This document shows positions 27,281-37,915 of a stretch of 64,000 nt of DNA, one piece after another (position 1 is the stretch's first letter; every line of letters begins with the position of its first letter). The stretch is taken from the NCBI GenBank assembly GCA_963761335.1, contig CAVXGR010000011.1:160001-224000 (forward strand). Reading direction: 5' to 3'. A program made the translations under genes and the position numbers. The notes under the pieces were generated by a model. The model saw nothing but the letters and a program-made list of their open reading frames with translations. It was not told where the DNA came from and did no database searches. Source of the stretch: an uncultured delta proteobacterium. GTDB lineage: Bacteria > Desulfobacterota > Binatia > HRBIN30 > BPIQ01.

Positions 27281-29299
27281 ATGATCGCGTCCGCCGCCGA
27301 CGGGCACCCTGAACCGCCGCCTCGCCAGACAGTCCGCCGGGCCCTGGCTCCCTTGGCTGTCGCCATCGCCTTGTTGGCCCCGGCAACGCCCGCGGCCGCC
27401 ACGCCGTTGCCGCGCATCGTCAACGGCCTCGACACGCAGAGCTACCCGGCCGTCGGCGCCATGCTCTGCGCTGGCAGCGCCATCAACGACAACAACGCCC
27501 AGCTGTGCTGCTCCGGGACCCTGATCGGCTGCCAGACCTTTCTCACCGCGGCGCACTGTGTCGACGGGGACCTCAATGCCAGCCATTACTGGGTCTATCT
27601 TCAACACGGCGGTCTCTTCAGCGTCTCCGCGGTCGCCGAGCACCCGAACGCCAACTTCCCCATCGCCGATGTCGCCGTGCTCAAGCTCGCCGCGCCGGTC
27701 ACCGGCATCGCCCCGATGCCGATCAACACGGTGAACAACCCCGCCAGCGTCGGCTTCAATCTCGCGGGAACGATCGTCGGCTTCGGGCAGACCACCGGCA
27801 GCGCCAACAACTACGGAATCAAGCGCTACGGCAAGATCGCCACCCTCAGCTGCAACCCGGCGCAGGCCGGCGGCAACGACACGCAGCTGGTCTGCTGGGA
27901 CTATCTGAACCCGGTCGGGCCCCCGGGGCAGGACTCCAACACCTGCAACGGCGACTCCGGCGGCCCCCTCTTTCTCGATCTCGGCAGCGGCGACACGGTC
28001 GCCGGAACGACCTCGGGAGGGACTGCGAACAACTGTCTGCAAGGCGACAACGCCTTCGACGCCAACGTGTACACCTACCGCAGCTTCGTGCAGACGCAGC
28101 TCGGCGCCGACTCCACCGCGTCGTGCGGCGCCAGCGGACAGGTGGGCGACGCCGGAGTGCAGGTAATCGCCGACGGCGGCACGCTGAGCAGCGGCCACGT
28201 CGACGACAGCTTCACCATCAACGTACCCGCCAACACGGCAGAGGTCCGCTTCGCCATGAACGGCGAGGACAACGGCGTCTTCGACGTCGACCTCTACGTG
28301 AAGAACGGCCCGGGAGCAGGCCAGAGCAACTACGACTGCAAGGCCAATGGCGCCGACGTCTACGGGGTCTGCGACTTCAGCGCGCCAGGCGCCGGCCCGT
28401 GGTCGGTTCTGGTGCATCGCTATTCCGGGTCGGGGCAGTACCAGCTGACGACGACTCTGTTTGCGAGCAACGCGGTGTGCGGCAACAACGTCGCCGAGCC
28501 CGGCGAGCAGTGCGACGGCAGCGATCCGGGAACCTGCCCCACGGGCACCTGCGAGCCCGACTGCACCTGTCCGCCGCCGGTATGCGGCAACAACATCATC
28601 GAGGCGGGAGAGCAATGCGATGGCACCGACCCGGGCGCCTGTCCCACGGGCGCCTGCGATCCCGACTGCACCTGTCCCGATCCCGTATGCGGCAACGGCA
28701 TCATCGAGGCCGGGGAGGCGTGTGACGACGGCAACCTCGCCAGCGGCGATTGCTGCTCGCCAACGTGCCAGATGCCGTCCGGCTGCAGCCCCGCCGGCAA
28801 GAGCGTGCTGGTCGTCAACGACGTCACCGGGACCAAGAGTGATCGGATCACCTGGAAATGGCTCAAGGGCGTGGCCGACGCCGGCGATTTCGGCGATCCG
28901 GTAGCGGGGTCCGATTACAGCCTCTGCATCTGGGACGACGGCCAGCTCGTCCACCGGCAGGACGTTCCCGCCGGTGGTCTCTGCGGGCGCCACCCGTGCT
29001 GGAAGGCGATCGGCCCGGCGGGCAACCTCAGTGGCTTCAAGTTCAGCGATCCCGATGGCAATGCCGACGGCGTCTTCCGCGTGCTTCTCAAGCAAGGCGC
29101 GGGCACGGCGCGGGCGCTGTGGAAGGCGAAGGGCAACAACGTCTCCCTGCCGGGCCCGGCGAGCGCCAGTCGCTACTTTGCACAGTCGAGCGAGGTCACC
29201 GTTCAGGTGGTTCGACACGACGCCTCGGCGTGCTGGCAGGCCGATTTCCCCGACGCCAAGCGAAATGACGCTCAGCACTTCCGAGCCGTCGAGCCCTGA
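27281..29299 (+). CDS. Secreted S1 (trypsin-fold) serine protease with PPC domain and Cys-rich repeats
   Basis: Signal peptide, R-IVNG activation site, LTAAHC, DVAVLKL, GDSGGP; DVDLYVK PPC domain; three CGN.....GEQCD repeats 105 bp apart (28475, 28580, 28685). Confidence 0.9.
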   Translation: MIASAADGHPEPPPRQTVRRALAPLAVAIALLAPATPAAATPLPRIVNGLDTQSYPAVGAMLCAGSAINDNNAQLCCSGTLIGCQTFLTAAHCVDGDLNASHYWVYLQHGGLFSVSAVAEHPNANFPIADVAVLKLAAPVTGIAPMPINTVNNPASVGFNLAGTIVGFGQTTGSANNYGIKRYGKIATLSCNPAQAGGNDTQLVCWDYLNPVGPPGQDSNTCNGDSGGPLFLDLGSGDTVAGTTSGGTANNCLQGDNAFDANVYTYRSFVQTQLGADSTASCGASGQVGDAGVQVIADGGTLSSGHVDDSFTINVPANTAEVRFAMNGEDNGVFDVDLYVKNGPGAGQSNYDCKANGADVYGVCDFSAPGAGPWSVLVHRYSGSGQYQLTTTLFASNAVCGNNVAEPGEQCDGSDPGTCPTGTCEPDCTCPPPVCGNNIIEAGEQCDGTDPGACPTGACDPDCTCPDPVCGNGIIEAGEACDDGNLASGDCCSPTCQMPSGCSPAGKSVLVVNDVTGTKSDRITWKWLKGVADAGDFGDPVAGSDYSLCIWDDGQLVHRQDVPAGGLCGRHPCWKAIGPAGNLSGFKFSDPDGNADGVFRVLLKQGAGTARALWKAKGNNVSLPGPASASRYFAQSSEVTVQVVRHDASACWQADFPDAKRNDAQHFRAVEP

Positions 29300-29339
29300 A
29301 GCAGTGGTTCGGCGGCTCGGTATCCCCGCCGCTCGGTGA

Positions 29340-30392
29340 TCAGGCCGGGTAGGTACGGATCTCGGCGGCCTTGACCGTCGTCCACACCTCGCCGCCCACC
29401 TCGATACCGAGCTCGGCGACCGCGGCGGCGGTGACCTCGGCGACGATGGTCAAGTCGGCGCGCACCCGAACGCGCACCCAGCTGCCCTCGCGGTCGATGC
29501 CTTCGACGATTGCGCACCAGACATTGCGCGGCGAGCCCTCGGGACGGGCGCGGTGCAGCGCCACGGCGCGGGGGTGGATGATGGCGAAGAGCTCGCCCGC
29601 GCCCGCGCCGGGAACCACCAGAGTGCCGCCTCCTTCCACCTCGACGAGGTCACCGCGGCCGCGGGCGCGGAAGAGGTTGACGCCGGCGAGATCGGCGACG
29701 TAGCGAGATCGCGGCATCGCCGTAACCTCCACCGGCGTGCCCTGCTGCGTCACGCGTCCGCCCTCGAGCACGATGATGCGGTGGGCCAGGCTGATCGCCT
29801 CGATCGGATCGTGGGTCACCAGCAGGCGGACCCCGGGGAAGGCGGCGAGGTGGCGCCGCAGGTCGCGGCGAACCTCGGCGCGACTACCGGCATCGAGCGC
29901 CGCCAGCGGCTCGTCGAGCAGCAGCAGGAGCGGCTCGATCGCCAGCGCCCGGGCAATGGCGACGCGCTGCTGCTGCCCGCCCGAGAGCGCCGCCGGCCGC
30001 AAGCCGGACTTCTCGGCGACGCCGAGTCGCTCGAGCCACCGGCGCGCCGTCTGCCGCGCCGCCCGGCGCGGCATGCTGCGGCAGCGCAGGCCGAAGGCGA
30101 CGTTCTCCAGGGCGCTGAGATGGGGGAAGAGGCGATAGTCCTGGTAGACGAGGCCGATGGAACGGCGCTCCGGTGGTACCCAAACGCCGCGGGCGCAATC
30201 CTCCACGACCTCGCCGTCGAGCGCCACCCGACCGCGGCGCAGCGGCACCAGTCCGGCGAGAGCGCGCAGCAGTGTCGTCTTGCCGGCACCGTTGGGGCCG
30301 AGCACGGCGACCGTTTCGCCGGCCGAGACGCAGAGATCGAAGACCAGATCGAGATCGCCGAGCCGCAGCTCCAGGGACGCCTCGAGGCTCAT
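29340..30392 (-). CDS. modC: Molybdate ABC transporter ATPase with TOBE domain
   Basis: GPNGAGKT, LSGGQQQR, LLLDEP, and a C-terminal GSPRN...TOBE domain. Confidence 0.88.
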   Translation of the reverse strand: MSLEASLELRLGDLDLVFDLCVSAGETVAVLGPNGAGKTTLLRALAGLVPLRRGRVALDGEVVEDCARGVWVPPERRSIGLVYQDYRLFPHLSALENVAFGLRCRSMPRRAARQTARRWLERLGVAEKSGLRPAALSGGQQQRVAIARALAIEPLLLLLDEPLAALDAGSRAEVRRDLRRHLAAFPGVRLLVTHDPIEAISLAHRIIVLEGGRVTQQGTPVEVTAMPRSRYVADLAGVNLFRARGRGDLVEVEGGGTLVVPGAGAGELFAIIHPRAVALHRARPEGSPRNVWCAIVEGIDREGSWVRVRVRADLTIVAEVTAAAVAELGIEVGGEVWTTVKAAEIRTYPA

Positions 30393-31204
30393 AGCGCCCC
30401 CAGCCATCGATGCCGCAGCGCCACCAAGACGAGCAGCGACACCACCAGGAGGATCAGGCTCAGGACGATCCCCGATTCCGGGCGGCTCTCCAGCGCCAGG
30501 TAGACGGCGAGCGGCATCGTCTGTGTGCGCCCGGGGAAGTTGCCGGCGAAGGTGATGGTGGCGCCGAACTCACCCAGCGCCCGCGCCCAGCAGAGCACCG
30601 CGCCGGCGGCCAGTGAGGGCCGCAGCAGGGGCAGGATGACCCGCCAGAAGACCGTGGACGGCGACGCCCCGAGGCTGCGCGCCGCCTCCTCGAGGCGACG
30701 GTCCATCGAGCGAAAGCCGCTCTCGGCGCTGAGCACGAAGAAGGGCATGGCGACGAAGGTCTCCGCCAGAACCGCACCGGCAGTGGTGAACGGCAGGCGG
30801 ATGCCGAAGAAGTGGTCGAGCCAAAAGCCGATGAGGCCGCGCCGCCCGAAGGCCAGCAGCAGGGCCACTCCTCCGACCACCGGGGGCAGAACTACCGGAA
30901 GGGTGGTGAGCGCGCGGACGAGACTGCGCCCGCGGAACTGGCCGCGCGCCTGCACCCAAGCCAGGGGCAGGCCGAGGGCGATGGACAATACGGTGGCCGA
31001 AAGGGAGCAGATCACCGAAAGGCGCAGGGCCGTATGGGTCTCCGGCGACGCCAGCACGGCGAGCGTCTCGTCCCACGGATTGCGCCACAGAAGCCCGAGC
31101 AGAGGTAGCGCGAACAGGCCGAGGCCCACGGCGGCCAGCCCCACGGCGACGGCCGGCATCCGCTGTCGCGGGGCGGCGGATCTCGCCGCCGGCGCGGCGC
31201 TCAT
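30389..31204 (-). CDS. modB: Molybdate ABC transporter permease
   Basis: LPPVVGG and WARALGEFGATITFAGN motifs. Confidence 0.92.
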   Translation of the reverse strand: MSAAPAARSAAPRQRMPAVAVGLAAVGLGLFALPLLGLLWRNPWDETLAVLASPETHTALRLSVICSLSATVLSIALGLPLAWVQARGQFRGRSLVRALTTLPVVLPPVVGGVALLLAFGRRGLIGFWLDHFFGIRLPFTTAGAVLAETFVAMPFFVLSAESGFRSMDRRLEEAARSLGASPSTVFWRVILPLLRPSLAAGAVLCWARALGEFGATITFAGNFPGRTQTMPLAVYLALESRPESGIVLSLILLVVSLLVLVALRHRWLGAL

Positions 31205-31980
31205 GGCGGCAGAAATCCGTAGCGCGCCAGCACCTGCCGCCCTTTCTCCGAGAGCACGAACTCGATGAAGCGCTGCGCCAGCATGGGGTGGGGTGCCTCT
31301 TTCAGAACCGCGATCGGGTAGTGGGCAACGACATCGTGCCCGGGAGGGATCTCGATCCCCTGAACCCGCTCGCCGGCGGCGTGGATGTCGGTCGCGTAGA
31401 CCACGCCGGCATCGGCTTCGCCGAGGGCCACCTTGGTCAGAACCGCCTTCACGTCCGTCTCCTGACTGGCCTGCGGAAGAGGCAGCCCGGCGCGGGCAAA
31501 TGCCTCGGCGGTATAGCGCCCCACCGGCACGGTCGGCCCGCCGAGCACCACGGTGCGGCCGCCGGCGGCCAGATCGGCGAGCCCGCTGATGTGTCCAGGA
31601 TTCCCGGGCTGTACGGCGATCTCCAGACGATTGGCGGCAAACAGCCGCGACCCGCCGGCGAGCGCCCCGCCTTCGGCGAGCTCTCGCATGTGCTCCTCGT
31701 CCGCCGAGGCGAAGACGTCCCCGGCGGCCCCTTCGCGGATCTGCTGGACCAGCGTCTGCGACCCGGCGAGGTTCAGGCGCACCTCAACGTGCGGATGAGC
31801 GCGCCCGAAGTCGCCAGCGAGGGCGCGAAAGGCATCGGTGAGGGAGGCCGCGGCAAACACCGCCAGCACTCCCGAGATGTCGACCGCCGGGCGAGTGGGC
31901 GCCGCCACCTGCGCCCCGGCGGCAGCCGGCAGCGCGGCAACGATCAGCTGCAGGGCGAGGCGGTTAAAGGCGCGAATCAT
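31201..31980 (-). CDS. modA: Molybdate ABC transporter substrate-binding protein
   Basis: Signal peptide; VFAAASL, AGSQTL, VPVGRY and GEADAGVVYATD motifs. Confidence 0.92.
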   Translation of the reverse strand: MIRAFNRLALQLIVAALPAAAGAQVAAPTRPAVDISGVLAVFAAASLTDAFRALAGDFGRAHPHVEVRLNLAGSQTLVQQIREGAAGDVFASADEEHMRELAEGGALAGGSRLFAANRLEIAVQPGNPGHISGLADLAAGGRTVVLGGPTVPVGRYTAEAFARAGLPLPQASQETDVKAVLTKVALGEADAGVVYATDIHAAGERVQGIEIPPGHDVVAHYPIAVLKEAPHPMLAQRFIEFVLSEKGRQVLARYGFLPP

Positions 31981-32166
31981 GTGCTCCGGCGTCCGATGGC
32001 AGGCCTTATATCGTATCCGCCGGGCGTGTCGCGACCGCGCGAACGGGTATGGTCTAACCGTGCTGGGCGCGATAGGCTGCGCGCAACGGCGACACGCCAG
32101 GGCACCCCGAAGGCTGTCTCGGGTGCAGGCGAGACTGGACCGACACCGCAACGATTCGATTGGCAG

Positions 32167-34530
32167 GTGAGCAAGCGATCGCAAGATCCACGGCCCGACG
32201 GAGATGCCGAAGACGCCGGGGGTTCGGCGGCCACCGCTGATTCGGCGGCTGTCATTCGCCGGCTGCAGCAGCGTGTCGATGATCTGGAGGCGTTGCTCGA
32301 GCTGATGCCCATCGGCATCGCCGTCGCCGGCGATCGCACCTGCGACGTGGTCAAGATGAACCGGACCGGCGCGGCGATGCTCGGCATCGCCCCGGAGCAG
32401 GACGTCTCGAAGAGCAGCCCTGACGGCGACCTTCCCTTTCGCGCCTTCCGCGACGGCCGCGAGCTGTCCCGCGAAGAGCTGCCCATGCGGTACGCGGCCC
32501 GCCACGGCGTCCAGGTCCGGGATTTCGAGTTCGGCGTGGTGCGCGCCGACGGCAGCATCTGCAATCTGTACGAGTACGCCTCACCGCTGTACGACGAGCA
32601 CGGCGCCGTGCGCGGCTGCGTCGGCGTCTTCGTCGACATCACCGAACGGAGGATCTCCGAGGAGAAGCTGGCCGAGAGCCAGCGACGCCTGCAGGCGTTG
32701 TTCAGCAACGCCACCGAGGCCTTTCTGCTCTGTGACAAGGACGGGCGTTACCTCGACGTCAACCCCTCGGCCTGCCAGGTGCTCGGCTACAGTCGCGATG
32801 AGCTCCTCGGCAAAACCATCTGGGATCTCATTCCCGCCGAGGCGCGCAGCGACGCCCACGAGCTGTGGCGCGACTTCCACGTGGCCGGCGAGCAGAGCGG
32901 CGAGATCCAGCTGCTGCGGAGCGACGGCTCCCGCATCGACCTCGAGTACCGCGCCGTCGCCAACATCATTCCCGGCCTGCACCTCTTGATCCTGCGCGAC
33001 CTGAGCGAGCGCAAGCGGGCCGAGAACGCACTGCGCGAGAGCGAGACCCGTTTCCGTCAGCTCGCGGACTCGATGCCGCAGATGGTGTGGTCAGCGCAGC
33101 CGGACGGCTTCATCGACTACTACAACCGCCGCTGGTACGACTACACCGGGCTGCCGGAAGGTCAGGGCGGCGATCAGAGCTGGATCCCGGTCCTGCACCC
33201 CGACGACGTTCAGCCTTGCCTCGACCGCTGGTATCACTCGGTGCGCAGCGGCGAGAGCTACGAGATCCAGTACCGCTTCCGCGACCGCGAGCGCGGTGGC
33301 TACCGCTGGCATCTCGGACGCGCCCTCCCCGTCCGTGACGAGCAGGGAAGCATCGTCCGCTGGTTCGGCACCATCACCGATATCGACGACCAGAAACGCG
33401 CCCACCAGGCGCTCGAGGAAGCCAGCCGGCGCAAGGACGAGTTCATGGCGATGCTCGGCCACGAGCTGCGCAACCCCCTGGTGCCGGTGCGCAACGCCGC
33501 CGAGCTGCTGCGCCTCGCGGCAGACGACCGTGCCACCCTGGAGCTGGCGCGCGAAATGATCGATCGCCAGGTGACCCACATGACGCGGCTGATCGACGAC
33601 CTGCTTGACGTTTCGCGTATCAGCTCTGGGAAGATCCTGCTGCGCAAGGAGCGCCTCGACTTGGCCGCCCTGATCCGCCGCACCCTGGAGGACCACCGGA
33701 TGATGCTCGAAACCAGCGGCTTGCACCTCTCCGCCGAGCTGACGGACGAGCCGCTGTGGGTGGACGGAGATCCGACCCGCCTCTACCAGAGCGTCGGCAA
33801 CCTGCTGCAGAACGCGCAGAAGTTCACCGATGCGGGAGGCCGAGTTGCGGTGCGCCTGCGGCGCAGTGACGATGCGGCACTGCTGACGGTGACGGACACC
33901 GGCATCGGCATGGACGAGGACATGCTCGCCCGCGTCTTCGAGCCCTTCGCGCAGGCCGATCAGAGCCTGCACCGAAGCCGGGGCGGCCTGGGTCTCGGCC
34001 TGGCCCTGGTCCGCGGCCTCGTCGAGGCCCATGGCGGCAGTGTGCGGGCGCGCAGCGCCGGGCTCGGCCACGGCTCGGAGCTGTCGCTGCGCCTGCCCCT
34101 CTCGCCGGCGCCTGACAGGCACCCCGGACGAGCGGCACCTTCCCCGTCGGCCGGGGAACGGTCCTTGCGCATTCTGGTGGTGGAAGACATCGCCGACACC
34201 GCCCACTCGCTGCGCATGCTGCTGGAGCTCGCCGGGCATCGCGTCGAGGTCGCCGGCAACGGCACGGAAGCGCTGCTGAGTGCCACGCGCTTCCGTCCCG
34301 AGGTCGTGCTCTGCGACATCGGCCTTCCCGGGGGCATGGACGGGTACGATCTGGCGCGCGCTCTCCGCGAGCAGGCGGACGGCGCGCCGCCGAGCCTGAT
34401 CGCGCTCACCGGCTACGGCCAGGAGCAGGACCGTTTGCGCAGCCTGCGCGCCGGCTTCGAAGCCCATCTGACCAAGCCCATCGACCTGAAGGAGCTGCAG
34501 CGCCTGCTGGCCGAGGTGGCGCAGCGCTGA
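32167..34530 (+). CDS. Cytoplasmic hybrid sensor kinase (3 PAS-HisKA-HATPase-REC)
   Basis: PAS/PAC repeats, [26 protein letters not shown], and a REC domain with LCDIGLP. Start approximate. Confidence 0.9.
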   Translation: MSKRSQDPRPDGDAEDAGGSAATADSAAVIRRLQQRVDDLEALLELMPIGIAVAGDRTCDVVKMNRTGAAMLGIAPEQDVSKSSPDGDLPFRAFRDGRELSREELPMRYAARHGVQVRDFEFGVVRADGSICNLYEYASPLYDEHGAVRGCVGVFVDITERRISEEKLAESQRRLQALFSNATEAFLLCDKDGRYLDVNPSACQVLGYSRDELLGKTIWDLIPAEARSDAHELWRDFHVAGEQSGEIQLLRSDGSRIDLEYRAVANIIPGLHLLILRDLSERKRAENALRESETRFRQLADSMPQMVWSAQPDGFIDYYNRRWYDYTGLPEGQGGDQSWIPVLHPDDVQPCLDRWYHSVRSGESYEIQYRFRDRERGGYRWHLGRALPVRDEQGSIVRWFGTITDIDDQKRAHQALEEASRRKDEFMAMLGHELRNPLVPVRNAAELLRLAADDRATLELAREMIDRQVTHMTRLIDDLLDVSRISSGKILLRKERLDLAALIRRTLEDHRMMLETSGLHLSAELTDEPLWVDGDPTRLYQSVGNLLQNAQKFTDAGGRVAVRLRRSDDAALLTVTDTGIGMDEDMLARVFEPFAQADQSLHRSRGGLGLGLALVRGLVEAHGGSVRARSAGLGHGSELSLRLPLSPAPDRHPGRAAPSPSAGERSLRILVVEDIADTAHSLRMLLELAGHRVEVAGNGTEALLSATRFRPEVVLCDIGLPGGMDGYDLARALREQADGAPPSLIALTGYGQEQDRLRSLRAGFEAHLTKPIDLKELQRLLAEVAQR

Positions 34531-34722
34531 AGATGGAGGCGACAGCCGAAGACGGCTTACCATCTCGTCGGTGAATCGCCGACCATGGCCGACATCGGTT
34601 GGTTCACGCGCGTCGACATGCTGCCGGCTCTGGGGATCGAGCTGGCAGCCGATCGCCACGCCAACATTCTGCGCTGGCACGCAGCCCTGCGGCGGCGGCC
34701 GGCATTCGCGACAGGGGGGTGA
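34531..34722 (+). pseudogene. C-terminal remnant of a glutathione S-transferase
   Basis: HLVGESPTMADIGWFTRVDMLPALGIELAADRHANILRWHAALRRRPAFATGG* resembles the GST C-terminal N-capping box. No upstream start or thioredoxin-like N-domain. Confidence 0.6.
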
Positions 34723-34724
34723 AC

Positions 34725-35504
34725 ATGGCACGGTTGAGCAAGCTGAGCCGCTCGATTGCCGGCAGAGTCGCCGTGGTGACCGGGGCCGCCAGCGGCATGG
34801 GGCGAGCCACGGCGATGCTGCTCGGCGACGAAGGCGCCCGCGTTGCCGCCGTCGACGTCGACGCCTCGGGCGCCGCCGCCGTGGCCACCGAAATCACTGC
34901 CGCCGGAGGAGAGTGCGGTGCCTTCGGCTGCGACGTGAGCAGTCGCAGCGCCGTCACCCGCCTGGTCGCCGATGTGGCCGAGCGTTTCGGCGGCGTGGAC
35001 ATCCTGGTGAACAACGCCGGCGTCAGCATACCGGCACCAATCGACAGCGACCAGTACGAGGAGGCCTGGGCGCGGACCCTGGCGGTGAACCTGACCGCCT
35101 ACGCCAGCCTCATCCGCGCCTGCCTGCCGCATCTGCGCGCCAGCGACGCGGCGCGCATCGTCAACGTCGCCTCGACCGAAGCCCTCGGAGCGACGGCGAT
35201 GATCAGCCCGTACACCGCCAGCAAGCACGGCGTCGTCGGCCTGACCCGCGCCCTCGCCGTCGAGCTTGGGCCGCTGGGCATCAACGTCAACTGCGTCTGC
35301 CCCGGCCCGATCCACACCGGCATGACGGCGGGGATCCCCGACGACGCCAAGCAGAAGTTTGCCCGTCGCCGCGTGCCTCTGCGCCGCTACGGCGACCCCG
35401 AAGAGGTCGCCCACGCCACCCTGAGCCTGGTCCTCCCCGCAGCCTCGTTCATCAACGCCGCCGTCCTCGTAGTCGACGGCGGCATGACCGCAAAGAACAC
35501 TTGA
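34725..35504 (+). CDS. Short-chain dehydrogenase/reductase
   Basis: TGAASGMG, NNAG and YTASK motifs. Confidence 0.92.
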   Translation: MARLSKLSRSIAGRVAVVTGAASGMGRATAMLLGDEGARVAAVDVDASGAAAVATEITAAGGECGAFGCDVSSRSAVTRLVADVAERFGGVDILVNNAGVSIPAPIDSDQYEEAWARTLAVNLTAYASLIRACLPHLRASDAARIVNVASTEALGATAMISPYTASKHGVVGLTRALAVELGPLGINVNCVCPGPIHTGMTAGIPDDAKQKFARRRVPLRRYGDPEEVAHATLSLVLPAASFINAAVLVVDGGMTAKNT

Positions 35505-35731
35505 TCGCGAATCGGCACTCGACCCCTTGCGGCTTGGGAGCGCACCCATCTTGGCCGCATTTGCCAATTCCCCCCTGCGCACTCGAGAGCACCACCAATC
35601 CGCCAACCGGAACTGGGCGGCACTGTTACACTTTTTGGAGTTTGCGCTGGGCTGCTTTTCGCTGTAAAGAATCTCGCCGCAAAGATCAGGTCAAAGGCAA
35701 GCAGATGTGGATGATGGGCGCATAAGGGCCG

Positions 35732-36109
35732 ATGAGTACCGAAATTCCGACCGAGCCGACAGGTCTGGCAATCGAGTTCACCAGTGTTCCCGCCTTCGGC
35801 AGCTACCACAATCTCCAAGGCGTCGTCCGTAATGCCGAAGCCGGGGAGCTGCGTATCGCCGTGTACATCCGGGTCTCCGGCGGTTGGTGGACGAAGCCCT
35901 ATTGGGACTCGCCGGTCACCCCGGTATCGGCAGATGGCTCGTTCTCGGTAAGCATCGCCACGGGGGGACACGACGAGCAGGCAACCGAGATCGCCGCCTT
36001 CGTGATACCCGCCGACTACTATCCGCCCGGTGTTCGAGGCGAGCCTGAGATCCCGGCCGAGCTGTTGGAGAGAGCGCTGGCCCAAGCCAACGTGACTCGC
36101 TCGCCGTAG
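35732..36109 (+). CDS. Hypothetical beta-rich protein, possibly a carbohydrate-associated module
   Basis: VYIRVSGGWWTKPYW...ATGGHDEQATEIAAF; first gene of the GT/kinase/RRE cluster. Confidence 0.6.
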   Translation: MSTEIPTEPTGLAIEFTSVPAFGSYHNLQGVVRNAEAGELRIAVYIRVSGGWWTKPYWDSPVTPVSADGSFSVSIATGGHDEQATEIAAFVIPADYYPPGVRGEPEIPAELLERALAQANVTRSP

Positions 36110-36128
36110 GGACGGAGGACATCGGCAA

Positions 36129-36922
36129 ATGCGAAAGTCCTTCGCCGTCGTCATCCCGTCGTTCAACAACGCCCGCTGGTGCCGGCAGAATCTCGACTCG
36201 GTCCTGAGCCAGGACTACCCTCTCTTCCGCGTCATCTACATCGACGATGCATCGACGGACGGAACCCCGGAGCTGGTCGAAGAGTACCTGACCGAGAGCA
36301 ACCAGGGACATCGGGTCACCTTCCTCCGCAACGAATTCCGCCTCGGCGCCGCCGCGAACATCGATCGCGCCGTGCGGTCCTGCGATGCGGACGAGGTCGT
36401 CGTTCTGGTCGACGGCGACGATTTTCTCGCTCACCACCGGGTGCTGCGGCGGCTGAACGAGGTTTACCAGGACCCCGACGTCTGGGTCACCTGGGGGCAG
36501 TTCACCTCTTTCCCACAGGGCCTCGACGGCTTCTGCGGGCCGGTGCCCACCGAGATCGTCAGCGCCAACGCCTTCCGCGACTATCCTTTCATCTCGTCTC
36601 ACCTCCGCACCTTCTACGCGGGCTCTACCAGCGGATTCGTCCGATCGACCTCCAGGACAGCGACGGCCGATTCTATCTGACGGCCGGGGATGTCGCGCAC
36701 ATGTTCGCGCTGATGGAGATGGCCGGTCCCCGCGCCCGCTTCGTCGCCGAGGTGCTCTACCGATACAACCGCGAGAACCCCATCAACGACGACAAGATCG
36801 ACCGCACCGGCCAGGTTCGCACCGAGCTGGATATCCGCCGCAAGGTCCGCTACGGCCGCCTCCCGTCTCTGACCAGCGATGGCACCGCGAGAGTTCTGCG
36901 TCATCAGCGGCATCGGCCGTAG
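36129..36922 (+). pseudogene. GT2 glycosyltransferase, frameshifted near 36620
   Basis: VVIPSFN, IDDASTDG and VDGDDFL; SHLRTFYAG continues as LYQRI...LYRYNRENPINDDK in another frame, with the shift at a G run. Confidence 0.78.
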
Positions 36923-37915
36923 CCTCTTCGAGACCACGGGCTGCTTTCCCGACCTCGACGACCGGCGGCGGCCGTTCCGGCAGTTGCGATCGGTCCTCAA
37001 TCGGCTCGGGTACACGGTGCGGGAAACGCAGACCGTGCCCAAGGTCGAGGATCCACATCACCTCGTGTCGTTCGATGTGCGGCCGGAGGAGCTGGACGGG
37101 TTGGCGGCGTATCCGCGCGACAGGCTGACACTCATCCTGTGGAAGGATCCGATCTCGGCGCCGCTCAACTTCGAGGCGCGTTACCAGCGCCCTTTGCTCG
37201 CATCTACACCTGGTGCAGTGACCTGGTCGACAACGTGCGCTACTTCAAGCTGCACTTTCCGGCTCTGCGCCGGATGACCGACGAGGTGATCCCCTTCGAG
37301 AAGCGCAGGCTGTGCACGCTGGTCGCTTCGAACCGGCACGCGGACCATCCGGACGAGCTCTACAGCGAGGAGTGGCGAGTCGCGGAGTTTTTCGCCGAGG
37401 CCGAGAGCCACTCGTTTGACCTCTTCGGCTGGGGATGGAGTCCCGCGGTGAACCGCAACTACCGCAGCATCGTGGCGAACAAGGTGGATCATCTCCGCCG
37501 CTACCGCTTCAGCTTCTGCTACGAGACCGTCCGCAACTGGAACGGATACGTCACCGGGAAGATCTTCGACAGCTTCGCCGCCGGGTGTGTGCCCGTGTAC
37601 CTGGGGGCGCCCGACGTGGCCGCGGCGATTCCGCGAGACTGCTTCATCGCCCGCGAGGACTTCCGTTCGCACGCCGAGCTGCACGCCTTTCTGAGAGACA
37701 TGCCGGAGCGCGAGCACGCGGATTATCTGGAGCGGATCCGCGCCTTTCTGTCCTCCGAGAGCGCCACCGCCTACTCGGCCGAATACTTCGTCAGCACCTT
37801 CGTCGACCTCGTCGGCGGACGCGCCCTGCCGCCCGTGGTTCGTCCATCGACCCTGGATCGCCTGCACCGGCCTTCTGCTGGCACCGGAATCGGCGCTGCG
37901 GAATTCGCAACATGA
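36879..37915 (+). pseudogene. GT10 (alpha-1,3-fucosyltransferase-like) protein, frameshifted near 37190
   Basis: ...EARYQRP|FARIYTW..., DLFGWGW, K...YRFSFCYE...GYVTGKIFDSFAAGCVPVYLGAP. May originally be fused to the upstream GT2. Confidence 0.75.

Noticed and set aside
35690..35731. c-di-GMP-I riboswitch (GGCAA...GGGCGCA resemblance)
   Set aside because: No GAAA-tetraloop stem or second hairpin can be formed.
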